From Oligoflexales bacterium (GTDB lineage: Bacteria; Bdellovibrionota_B; Oligoflexia; Oligoflexales; RGVZ01), in contig JBIIGV010000029.1 in assembly GCA_044236265.1 (NCBI GenBank), positions 1-28,585 on the forward strand: a DNA stretch of 28,585 bases, in the 5' to 3' direction. Under the pieces are notes generated by a model that had not been told where the DNA came from, made no database searches, and saw only the letters and a list, made by a program, of their open reading frames with translations. A program made the translations under genes and the position numbers. Of the stretch, positions 1 to 8,493 are shown one piece after another. Within the stretch, counting starts at the first letter, position 1; each line of letters begins with the position of its first letter.

Positions 1-2
1 CT

Positions 3-3000
3 AACGCCACTGCAAGTGTTTACGTGAAGTTTAGAGATGTAGCAGGTAACGAGAGCGCCTGCGTCAGTGACACCATCGTCCATGATAACACATCACCCCA
101 AACACCAGTCATCGCTGATGCATCAAAAGCATTTAACGCTAGCTTTACCACCACGATTCAGCAGGGTGTTCCTTCAGACACCAATTTCAAGGAATTCCGG
201 TATACCACAGACGGCACAGATCCTACTTGTTCCTCCGGAACGGCATCATCAAGCCAGCCGACAAATGTAACTATTCCTGCTGCCAATACAACTCTCAAAG
301 CTCTGACATGCGACTTGGGTGGGCTTAATTCAACGGTATCGACCTCCGTCTATACGTTCGATAATACTGCTCCGACAGTAACGATCACATCGACATCCAG
401 TGATCCGACAAAGATTAGTCCGATCCCTGTAACAATTATATTTTCAGAAAACGTCATTGGATTTGTCGATGCTGATGTCACAGTGACAAACGGTACGAAG
501 TCCGGATTCTCTAGCTCTGGCACAACTTACACAGTTGAAGTCACACCATCGGCACAAGGCACAGTTACTGTGAATATTGCAGCCGGGGCGGCTCAAGACG
601 CTGCAGGAAATAACAATCTCTTAGCGTCACCACTATCAAGAACCTTTGATTCTGCTGGTCCTAGCTTTTCTGGTGTTAGCGTGGTGTCGGCGACTCCAAG
701 TAGTTCAAATTTCACGCCAACCGTGGAATTCACACTAAGCGAGGCTGCGACGACCACGCTTTACGGTGATTCCTTGTGTCAAAACACACTATCCTCGCCG
801 ATTTTGTTATCTGCTGGCTACCAAACCATGACATCCGATGCACTACCGACAAGTGCTGTGACCTTGATTCATGCAAAAGCTGTAGACTCGCTACTAAATG
901 AGTCCAGTTGCCAATTGATTGGTTCTTATACCACTCAGTTGTCAGCGCCAGAGATCTCCGCACCAATCAGATACCTGACGTCACTTGGCCTGGCGTGGGG
1001 CCCGGTCGCTGGCGCAGATTCTTATACTCTTTACTGGTCAAACACTTCTGGCGTAACCGTGTTGTCATCGGTGATAACTAACGCCGTTTCACTCTACACA
1101 CACAATTCGTTAACCGGAGGCTCAAATTATTACTACAGGGTAGCTGCCATAAAAGATGGAGTGATCGGTGCCTTGTCTGACGAGGTGAGCGCAAAGCCCT
1201 ACACATGGCCAAGCCCGACGATCACAGGCATCTCTCCAAATAGCGGATCCACATCAGGAGGAACCACCGTCACAATTACAGGAACAAATTTTGTCTCGGG
1301 TATGACTGTTAAGCTTGGAGGCACCTCTGCTACTGGAGTCACGGTCGTTTCCTCAACCTCTTTGACAGCGGTGACGCCGGCTGAAGTGGCTGGCCCTGCA
1401 TTGGTGGAGGTTATAAATCCCGAATTATTGAATGCCTCTTTTGAGGATGGGTTTACTTATAATTTGGCTCTCGAGTACTTGGTTGTAGCTGGCGGCGGAG
1501 GCGGAGGGTCCAATATGGGAGGTGGTGGTGGAGCAGGAGGATACCGCGAGGGAACACAATTCTTAGTGACATCCGCTACCTCATATTCACTCATCGTTGG
1601 AGCGGGTGGAGCGGGTGGAGCCGGCGGCGCTGCTCCGGATGGACAGGCAGGCGCAGCCGGTGGATCTTCTACGTTCGCAACGGTGACAAGTGCTGGTGGC
1701 GGTGGCGGATCCGGTACTATGGGTAATTGGACGACTCGCCCCGGAACAAGCGGTGGTTCAGGTGGGGGTGCGTCTTCGAACGGAACCGCTCTTGCTGGTA
1801 ACACACCAGCAACGACGCCAGCCCAGGGTAATTCTGGTGGACCAGGCGGCGGTACGAATAAAGGTAGCGCGGGTGGTGGTGGCGCAGGAGCTGCTGGAGC
1901 AGTGGGTGCACAAGCAAACTTTGCAGGTGGTGGCGGTAACGGCAAATCATCGACGATTACAGGCGCCACCGTCTGGTATGCAGGTGGCGGCGGTGGTGGT
2001 ACTGGCTGGAGTTTGTATGCTGGTGCCAGCGGAGTCGGTGGTGGTGGCGATGGCGGAAGTAGCGCGGCAGGGTCAGCGGGTGTTGTCAATACCGGCGGTG
2101 GCGGCGGTGGTGGTGGTGGTTCCTATGGCGCCGGCGGTGCTGGTGGATCTGGCGTCGTGATTCTAGCATACCCATTGTCTCAGCCAGCGCTAAGCTCTAT
2201 CGGTGCTGGTTTGACCTACACAGTGAACACCACGGCTCGGGCTGGATACCGTGTTTACAGATTTACCGCAGGTACTGGGACGATTTCCTGGCTGTTCGCT
2301 AATAGACCTACAAATTTGTCAGGTGTCATTGGCAACAATCAAGTGGCTCTCAGCTGGGTCGCGCCAACGACAAGTGGGTCAATCAATGATTATCTGATTC
2401 AGTACTCGACTGACGGCGGCTCAACTTGGACCGAGTATGACACAAACTCAAATGCAACGACCGCAACGATCACAGGCCTGACAAACGATATTCCGCACAT
2501 ATTCCGTGTGGCTGCAGTGACTGCAGAGGGAGTTGGGGCGTGGAGTCTTAGTTCAGCAGCTCTCACTCCAACCTGCTTCTCCGCAGCTACGGGTGGCAAT
2601 TCAACGACTGACTTCGTATCAGCAGGTAAAACCTATAGGGTTCATCGCTTTAGCACTGTTGGATCTGGAACATTCACCACGTCGTCAGTCTGTAAACCAT
2701 TCACCGTATTGGTTGTGGCAGGCGGAGGCGGAGGTGGTACAGGTCAAGCTCCGGGTGGAGGAGGCGCCGGCGGTCTCGTCTACAACAACGCATTCTCATT
2801 TGCATCAGCTGGGAACTATACAGTTGTTGTTGGCGGCGGTGGTGGAGTTAATGCGAACGGAGCAAACTCGTCTATTGGTGGAAGTTTAGTGGTTGCAGTA
2901 GGTGGAGGTTCCGGCGCAGCTGGTGGTGTGTCCACTGACCAGGCTGGAAGCGGTGGCTCTGGCGGCGGCGCAGGATTTAAGAATAGTAGCTTGTTTGGTG

Positions 3001-3362
3001 CAGGCACCAGCGGACAAGGCTATCAAGGTGGTAGCGCCCGCGCTGGTAGTTGGGTTGCAGGTGGTGGCGGTGGTGGCGCTGGAGGCATAGGTGGCAACGG
3101 TGGCGGAGCCACTGGAGCTGTTATCGGTGGTGCCGGAGGAGCGGGGCGAGTCATTAATATCACCGGAACCAACGTAACTTATGCTGGTGGTGGCGGAGGT
3201 AACGGCGAGAATTTAGCCGGACCCGGCGGCGCCGGAGGTGGTGGCGCTGGTGGAGTCAATAGCGGCACAGGCGCAGCTGGTGCAGCAAACACCGGTGGTG
3301 GCGGTGGTGGCGGAAATGTTGGCGGCAGTGGCGTTGTTATTATTCAATACCAGATTCAGTAG
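3..3362 (+). CDS. Large multidomain surface/adhesin protein, 5'-truncated by the window edge (CHB_HEX_C-like, bacterial Ig-like, FN3, IPT/TIG, glycine-rich domain, FN3, glycine-rich domain)
   Basis: The frame is open from base 3 (NATASVYVKFRDVAGN), so the GTG at 24 is internal. Motifs: FRYTTDGTDPT (chitobiase C-terminal-like), DNTAPTVTIT..PVTIIFSENVIGF (Big-like), LAWGPVAGADSYTLYW..YYYRVAA (FN3), PTITGISPNSGSTSGGTTVTITGTNF (IPT/TIG), and two LVVAGGGGGG...GGSGVVI domains. Confidence 0.88.
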   Translation, partial: NATASVYVKFRDVAGNESACVSDTIVHDNTSPQTPVIADASKAFNASFTTTIQQGVPSDTNFKEFRYTTDGTDPTCSSGTASSSQPTNVTIPAANTTLKALTCDLGGLNSTVSTSVYTFDNTAPTVTITSTSSDPTKISPIPVTIIFSENVIGFVDADVTVTNGTKSGFSSSGTTYTVEVTPSAQGTVTVNIAAGAAQDAAGNNNLLASPLSRTFDSAGPSFSGVSVVSATPSSSNFTPTVEFTLSEAATTTLYGDSLCQNTLSSPILLSAGYQTMTSDALPTSAVTLIHAKAVDSLLNESSCQLIGSYTTQLSAPEISAPIRYLTSLGLAWGPVAGADSYTLYWSNTSGVTVLSSVITNAVSLYTHNSLTGGSNYYYRVAAIKDGVIGALSDEVSAKPYTWPSPTITGISPNSGSTSGGTTVTITGTNFVSGMTVKLGGTSATGVTVVSSTSLTAVTPAEVAGPALVEVINPELLNASFEDGFTYNLALEYLVVAGGGGGGSNMGGGGGAGGYREGTQFLVTSATSYSLIVGAGGAGGAGGAAPDGQAGAAGGSSTFATVTSAGGGGGSGTMGNWTTRPGTSGGSGGGASSNGTALAGNTPATTPAQGNSGGPGGGTNKGSAGGGGAGAAGAVGAQANFAGGGGNGKSSTITGATVWYAGGGGGGTGWSLYAGASGVGGGGDGGSSAAGSAGVVNTGGGGGGGGGSYGAGGAGGSGVVILAYPLSQPALSSIGAGLTYTVNTTARAGYRVYRFTAGTGTISWLFANRPTNLSGVIGNNQVALSWVAPTTSGSINDYLIQYSTDGGSTWTEYDTNSNATTATITGLTNDIPHIFRVAAVTAEGVGAWSLSSAALTPTCFSAATGGNSTTDFVSAGKTYRVHRFSTVGSGTFTTSSVCKPFTVLVVAGGGGGGTGQAPGGGGAGGLVYNNAFSFASAGNYTVVVGGGGGVNANGANSSIGGSLVVAVGGGSGAAGGVSTDQAGSGGSGGGAGFKNSSLFGAGTSGQGYQGGSARAGSWVAGGGGGGAGGIGGNGGGATGAVIGGAGGAGRVINITGTNVTYAGGGGGNGENLAGPGGAGGGGAGGVNSGTGAAGAANTGGGGGGGNVGGSGVVIIQYQIQ

Positions 3363-3467
3363 TGTCGCTGACCTGGATGCAAGACCTAATTTATATTGAT
3401 AACGAAGATAAATGCGCTTTTTTTTATTTCGTCCAAATAAAGCAGCGCACTATTTCTCAAGCATCAC

Positions 3468-3494
3468 TCAAAGCTCTCCCTAATAAACCGATAC
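3468..3494 (+). promoter_or_regulatory. Putative sigma28 (FliA)-type promoter upstream of the cyclase
   Basis: TCAAAGCT-N11-ACCGATAC versus consensus TAAAGTTT-N11-GCCGATAA, about 20 nt before the ORF. Confidence 0.45.
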
Positions 3495-3515
3495 CTTTCC
3501 AAGAATTTAGTCATC

Positions 3516-5756
3516 TTGGGGGCAAATAGTTTGCAGCCTATCAGCACCACATTCCTAAAAAAAATTGCGAAAATTGGCTTCATACAGCAAAAACTAAAGC
3601 GGATTGAAGCTGATTATGCAATTAGAGCAGATAGCAATCCGAAACAGCCCTCGTTCAATTACAAAATTCCGCTCGTGTTGCTGGCCCTGATCGCCATGGG
3701 GTCGTTTTTTGCTTATAACATCTATATTTTTACAAAATGGCCACCCGCCGAATACTCTGACTCACTAGTCTACAATCTCACCAAAAATAATGTGACTTGG
3801 GATGTGCATTACGGTTCCTCCCAGACCTGTGGTGACATGGATTGTCATTTAAAAAGTGACCACCCATCCTCAGCCTACGAACGCAAACAGATTCTGCCTG
3901 TGCAGGAGTTCCCTCTAAAAGACTTCAAGAAGGGTGATCACATCTACTACAGAGCCTCGATCACAATTCCTAAAGAGGTCAAAGCCGACAAGCAACTGTC
4001 CCCCTTAGTTCTACACATACCCATGCTTTGGGGCGATCATTATGAGCTCTACATCAACGAAGCTTCCGTAGATGGGGGGGCTGGTGAAACTGTTCACGTC
4101 GCCATTCCTGAGGCAGCGCTGACAAAAGAAGTGATCAGTATCTCATTTAAAGTTTCACCCGGAGGGTCCCAATATCAAGGAATCGCTAATTACGGAAACT
4201 TGTTGATTGGCAGTAAAGAGCGACTTAAAAATTTGAAACTCATCAGTGAGCGCCTGAGGGTCACCTACTACATATGGCTTTTTTTGCCGCGTTTAGCTTT
4301 TGCCATGTTCTTTGCAATTGTTTACTTAGCATTCTCAAAAAACAAAGAAAATTATTATTTTCTTATTTATTCTCTCCTTCTCGCGCTGCAGGTTCTTCTC
4401 TTCTCTGACCTTGGTATTGGATTGACTCCAACTTGGTTGCCGCGAATTTGGACCGGATTATTTATCGACGTGGTTGCATATATAATACTGGCGAATTTTT
4501 TTATTACCTATTACCGCAGGAGTAATCGTGCGGCCAAATTATTTGCGGTAGTTCTCATACCAATCATAGTATTGACTCTTGCTTATACCTATATCTCGTC
4601 CCCTGATCAGTTTGCCCTCGGCATATTGAGAAACAGCGGAAAGTTCACCAGGCTTTTTGCTATTGGCCTAGGCTTACAGCTTTCCTTTGAGACAGCGGTC
4701 TATTTGGCCGATCGCAACTTGGGGCGTCGACGGCTAGAAAATGCGTCGACTCTCATGATTATTTTGACCAGTGCCTGGATCATCACGGCAACGCACCTGA
4801 TTGTTGGGTTTTTAAAGCTAGACCGTCAGATCTTCTTTCTAGCCCCTGGATTTCTAATGACATTGACTGATTATGTCATGCTGTTTTTCATTGCCGGAGC
4901 CATAGCCACAGAGTTTGGCAATGATGCTCGCAATGCCAGCAATGCATCGGACACGCTACGTGTTTACCTTGGAAAAGAGGCGAGCAAGCGACTTCTGAGA
5001 GATAACGAAATATCGCTTCGTAAAAGTGAGTGTGACATCACTGTTATGTTTACAGACATCAGATCATTTACAACTCTTTCTGAGACCCATGAACCAGAAA
5101 TCATCGTGCAAACACTAAATGAATATTTTGGCACGATGGGGCCGATCATCAGTAAATACGGTGGCAGCATCGATAAATTTATTGGTGATAGCATCATGGC
5201 AGAGTGGGGCGGCGCGGGTGAAGGTAATGACCCCTATCTAGCCGTAAAAGCCTCGATTGAGATGCGCATGGCCCTTACGTCACTCAATCAAGACCGGGAG
5301 AGTCGTGGATTGTTCCCACTTGCCGTTGGAATTGGTATCCATTTTGGTCGGGCTATCTCAGGCTCGATTGGTAGCCAGGATCGTCGTGAGCTCACCGTGA
5401 TTGGTGATACGGTCAATGTGGCTGCGCGTATCCAAGATCAGACGAAAGTATTCGGTGCTGATATCTTGATTAGTGATTCTATTGTCACACATTGCGCAGG
5501 AAAGCTTTTGGTTAACAAGTGCTCGACGGGCGCCCTTAGGGGTCGTCAAGAAAAAATAGATCTATACCGTCTACTTGCAATTAAGCACGAGAGTGGAGAG
5601 CTTCTTTTTGGTGATCCCACACTAGAACAACTTGTTCGTGATAACACCTCAGCTACCAGCCAGGACCAAGTAGAACTGCCAGAACAGATTCTCGCTGCGA
5701 TTGCAGAGCGAAACAAAGCTAAAATCGTTGCAAAACGTACGCCTGAAGTTGCTTAA
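3516..5756 (+). CDS. Membrane-bound class III adenylate/guanylate cyclase with an extracytoplasmic sensor domain and a multi-TM (7TM-DISM-like) region
   Basis: Catalytic motifs VMFTDIRSFTTLSE, IDKFIGDSIMA, GIGIHFG, ELTVIGDTVNVAARIQ; the Lys and Thr specificity residues favour ATP. One N-terminal TM, a beta-rich outer domain, then about 7 hydrophobic segments. Start codon uncertain (TTG 3516 or 3531). Confidence 0.9.
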   Translation: MGANSLQPISTTFLKKIAKIGFIQQKLKRIEADYAIRADSNPKQPSFNYKIPLVLLALIAMGSFFAYNIYIFTKWPPAEYSDSLVYNLTKNNVTWDVHYGSSQTCGDMDCHLKSDHPSSAYERKQILPVQEFPLKDFKKGDHIYYRASITIPKEVKADKQLSPLVLHIPMLWGDHYELYINEASVDGGAGETVHVAIPEAALTKEVISISFKVSPGGSQYQGIANYGNLLIGSKERLKNLKLISERLRVTYYIWLFLPRLAFAMFFAIVYLAFSKNKENYYFLIYSLLLALQVLLFSDLGIGLTPTWLPRIWTGLFIDVVAYIILANFFITYYRRSNRAAKLFAVVLIPIIVLTLAYTYISSPDQFALGILRNSGKFTRLFAIGLGLQLSFETAVYLADRNLGRRRLENASTLMIILTSAWIITATHLIVGFLKLDRQIFFLAPGFLMTLTDYVMLFFIAGAIATEFGNDARNASNASDTLRVYLGKEASKRLLRDNEISLRKSECDITVMFTDIRSFTTLSETHEPEIIVQTLNEYFGTMGPIISKYGGSIDKFIGDSIMAEWGGAGEGNDPYLAVKASIEMRMALTSLNQDRESRGLFPLAVGIGIHFGRAISGSIGSQDRRELTVIGDTVNVAARIQDQTKVFGADILISDSIVTHCAGKLLVNKCSTGALRGRQEKIDLYRLLAIKHESGELLFGDPTLEQLVRDNTSATSQDQVELPEQILAAIAERNKAKIVAKRTPEVA

Positions 5757-5771
5757 TCGTTATGCTTCAAA

Positions 5772-7034
5772 CTACTTCTTTGCAGCTAGCTCCAAAACCC
5801 GCTTCATGACGTCTTGTAAGTCTTTTCCCTGATTAGTCTCGCGGAACAAAACCTGATAGTCAAAGTTACTATAATTTAAACCACCACTATCCGATGTATA
5901 GACATAACTAATGTTGGGAATGGACCGCTTAGTTTGAATTGATTTGAAATGGTCCGCAAATGAATACTCACTTTTGCACGACTCCATGACCACAATCGGA
6001 AAATACATGTCCGACTGATTGAGCAATATCTCACTAAACTTATACTTACTGATCCCCGGCAGACCCCCAACCGAGGGCGGAGCGTCGAGGCCTACTTTAC
6101 CAGCCGCCATAGCACTCAAGTACTCCATCGCAGGCATCGAGCCTAAAGGTCCTGAACCGTCCTTGCCCAGTGGATCAGCAGTGTCTTTACCCAGTGGATC
6201 AGCAGTGTCTTTACCCAGTGGATCAGCAGTGTCTTTACCCAGTGGATCAGCAGTGTCTTTACCTAAAACGTCAGACGATTGATTAGCTCCCGCATTTGCT
6301 ATTGTTTTTTGATGATCTAGTAGTGTCGCACAGATTTGTTTTTGCGATAAAGAACTGATGTCTTTCGCTAAAAAGGCCGTGGCTGCCATGGTTGCGTTCC
6401 CATGACTTTTAGAGATCAGCACATAGCGATGTTTATCCGGTGGAGCCAATCGCTTCACTTCTTCTAGAGCACTTTGCAAAACTTCGGGACGCATCAGCGG
6501 CTGGAATCGGTAAACCTCTTCGGCGTTTGCTGGGAGTACAGGAAATGATTTCCATGGCGTCGGTTCACCCTGCACCTCAAAGCTTTCACGACCAAGGCTT
6601 GTAGCACTTGCGTTTTTGAATATGAAATTTTTCAAACGTGGATTTTTACTCATCAGGCTACGGATAATTCCGTACTCCCAATAGCCAGCATCAACAAAAT
6701 CCTTGGCATCGCTGACGAGGCGGTCAGAAACTTCTTTCAAGAGCTGAGTGTCGCCTGCATTGAATCCCTGTGAGCCGCAACCATTGATTGACTTCAGTAA
6801 ATAATCCCAGTTTTGACGAACAGAGAGCTTTTGATCCCTATCTTTTTCGTAATAGTAAGATTCGTTAAGGTAATAGATCAGGACGGGAATTTTGGCCCTC
6901 TCCGCTGGATCGTCAAAACGAGCGACAGCGAGCCCTTCAGAGTCGTTTAAACCTTTAACCCGGGACTGGGAATTGCGAGCTTTGCAAGCACCCGTCACGA
7001 TTCCAACAATCAACAAAGACAACGCCATTCGCAT
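5772..7034 (-). CDS. Lipoprotein, putative clan CD (clostripain C11-like) cysteine peptidase with an internal tandem repeat
   Basis: Lipobox VTGAC; SD AGGAG. MRPEVLQSALEEVKRLAPPDKHRYVLISKSHG (His211) and FPIVVMESC (Cys353) resemble the C11 His-Gly and D/E-x-C motifs. The ORF is certain; the family call is by eye. Confidence 0.6.
   Translation of the reverse strand: MRMALSLLIVGIVTGACKARNSQSRVKGLNDSEGLAVARFDDPAERAKIPVLIYYLNESYYYEKDRDQKLSVRQNWDYLLKSINGCGSQGFNAGDTQLLKEVSDRLVSDAKDFVDAGYWEYGIIRSLMSKNPRLKNFIFKNASATSLGRESFEVQGEPTPWKSFPVLPANAEEVYRFQPLMRPEVLQSALEEVKRLAPPDKHRYVLISKSHGNATMAATAFLAKDISSLSQKQICATLLDHQKTIANAGANQSSDVLGKDTADPLGKDTADPLGKDTADPLGKDTADPLGKDGSGPLGSMPAMEYLSAMAAGKVGLDAPPSVGGLPGISKYKFSEILLNQSDMYFPIVVMESCKSEYSFADHFKSIQTKRSIPNISYVYTSDSGGLNYSNFDYQVLFRETNQGKDLQDVMKRVLELAAKK
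6166..6261. repeat. Perfect 24-bp tandem repeat x4 (CCCAGTGGATCAGCAGTGTCTTTA), encoding (LGKDTADP)n on the minus strand
   Basis: Four identical units read at 6166, 6190, 6214 and 6238, plus a degenerate fifth (LGKDGSGP). Confidence 0.97.
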
Positions 7035-7252
7035 AGCTTGATCTCCTAAACTTTAAGTCACCTGTCTTTTAGAGGATTCTGATGAACCCCTTTAATTTTA
7101 ACGCACACGTACCGTCGTTGCACGTGTAGCTAAATGCCACAAATGCCTCGGTGAGACCTCGAATCAACAGGAGAGCTCGCCAATAGGAACCACGGGGCAT
7201 CACTTCAACCACCTGTAAATACAGCGATTAATTGTGCTATTTGAGATTTGGC

Positions 7253-7279
7253 TAAACTGATTTCATTAGCTGCCGACTC
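7253..7279 (+). promoter_or_regulatory. Putative sigma28 (FliA)-type promoter
   Basis: TAAA-N15-GCCGACTC with canonical spacing, about 50 nt upstream of the ATG at 7331. Confidence 0.6.
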
Positions 7280-7289
7280 CTTTAGCGCA

Positions 7290-7314
7290 GGAAAAGCAGC
7301 CCTTCTGCTTTTCC
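7290..7314 (+). other. Perfect 10-bp stem hairpin in the 5' leader of the lipoprotein gene
   Basis: GGAAAAGCAG-CCCTT-CTGCTTTTCC between the predicted -10 box and the GAGGAGG SD. Confidence 0.6.
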
Positions 7315-7330
7315 CCTTAGAGGAGGTTTT

Positions 7331-8098
7331 ATGTTTTCCATGCATCATGGCGTCCGTTGGACGTTCTGTGCAGCTTTGACCGTAATCGCTTTCATTATAA
7401 GTGCGTGCGGACAAGATCCCGCGTTCACTGAAAGTGAAATGACCGCAAGCTCTGCCGACGGCAGTGTCGCGGATTCAGGCGATCCAGATCAAGGTGGAGA
7501 GTCTGTCACGACCGCTCGCAAAGGAGACGGTTCAACCGGGTCTTCAGGATCCACAGGCAGCACCACTGGTGGCGGTTCAACGACCGGAGGAGGAACAACA
7601 AGCGGGGGAGGGACTACCACTCCACCAACACCGTATACACCGCCTCCTGGATATCCTGCCGATACACCGAAAACAGACGTTCTCGTTGAAGATGGCGGAT
7701 CTTTGGTGTTACCAGGCGTTAAAGCCATCAAGGTGGGCGTTAACTTCGAGGACCTTTCCGACTTTGACTTAAATGACTCTGTTCTTTGCTTTACTGGTGG
7801 CTTCAAAATAGAGGGACGCCGCGTCATCAGTTACAAAAAACAATCCGTCGCTGCGCAGGTGTGGAACAACTCCGCATGCGGACACTTCATTACGGTACAA
7901 ATCCGTGACCGTAATGGAAACATGACACAAACATTCCGTTACAATGACCGGGTCACGACCTCTGCAACGATGAACTTTGACGTCGGTAGCTCGATGCATG
8001 TCATCATGGAAAACTTTGCAAACTCCGGTTGTATTGGACCAATCGGCATGGATCATCCGCAACGAGCCGAAGTCGCACCAAACCTTTGTCGCAGATAA
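7331..8098 (+). CDS. Hypothetical lipoprotein with a Gly/Ser/Thr/Pro linker and a C-terminal domain carrying an FED-x-x-D-x-D-x-ND motif (DUF4114/LruC/PA-IIL-like)
   Basis: SD GAGGAGG; lipobox IISAC; low-complexity GSTGSSGSTG...TTTPPTPYTPPP; VNFEDLSDFDLNDSVLCF; four Cys in the C-domain. Confidence 0.8.
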   Translation: MFSMHHGVRWTFCAALTVIAFIISACGQDPAFTESEMTASSADGSVADSGDPDQGGESVTTARKGDGSTGSSGSTGSTTGGGSTTGGGTTSGGGTTTPPTPYTPPPGYPADTPKTDVLVEDGGSLVLPGVKAIKVGVNFEDLSDFDLNDSVLCFTGGFKIEGRRVISYKKQSVAAQVWNNSACGHFITVQIRDRNGNMTQTFRYNDRVTTSATMNFDVGSSMHVIMENFANSGCIGPIGMDHPQRAEVAPNLCRR

Positions 8099-8285
8099 CG
8101 AGCGTCAAGCACTGACCGAGGCAAGAATCGTTTTTATAAATCGAGGTGAACAGCCGCTGTTCACCTCGATTTCATTTAGCTTCAATGTCCCAAATAGCTA
8201 CAGAAGATCTGGGGCCATTTGAAACATTTAAGTGCATTGATCTTCGTAACTACTCAATCACACGTCGGCAGAAAGCTACAAGACT

Positions 8286-8302
8286 CTGGCACAAGTTGTG
8301 CT
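8286..8302 (+). promoter_or_regulatory. Putative sigma54 (-24/-12) promoter overlapping a palindrome
   Basis: CTGGCACAAGTTGTGCT = TGGCAC with GG-N10-GC; contains the inverted repeat GCACAA-G-TTGTGC. Confidence 0.55.
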
Positions 8303-8364
8303 TTGTCATGAATAAGTCCCTAACACACGAGGGGAGATTTAATCATTCACCGAGGAGTGCTTGT

Positions 8365-8493
8365 ATGAAAAACATCTTGCTGCTGACTCTGGTTTTAATG
8401 GCAACACTCGTCGCTAGAAGCCCTATGAAAAAACCATCCACAGATCATCTCTTAGCTACGTCTGAGCTTTTCGCGCTGACACTTAGACCTTAG
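8365..8493 (+). CDS. Putative 42-aa small exported/membrane peptide (MKNILLLTLVLMATLVARSPMKKPSTDHLLATSELFALTLRP)
   Basis: GAGGAG SD 7 nt before ATG 8365; signal-peptide-like N-terminus; sigma54-like promoter upstream; overlaps the convergent pgi 3' end by 11 bp. Confidence 0.5.
   Translation: MKNILLLTLVLMATLVARSPMKKPSTDHLLATSELFALTLRP

Noticed and set aside
1457..2089. 210-aa proline-rich minus-strand ORF (also 2816-3007 and 7489-7827)
   Set aside because: Antisense shadows of Gly-rich coding sequence (GGN read as NCC/CCN); no SD or independent signal.
1470..3362. Gly-rich regions as collagen or PE_PGRS
   Set aside because: No sustained Gly-X-Y period and no PE domain; the flanking LVVAGGG and GVVI strands indicate a different folded module.
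3410..3450. Terminator after the adhesin gene
   Set aside because: A T tract is present but without a convincing GC stem before it.
6166..6261. Direct repeats as a mini CRISPR array
   Set aside because: The units are contiguous with no spacers, in frame inside a CDS, and no cas genes are present.
8146..8364. 115-aa version of the small ORF
   Set aside because: It spans the predicted promoter; a strong SD and signal-like sequence begin at 8365.
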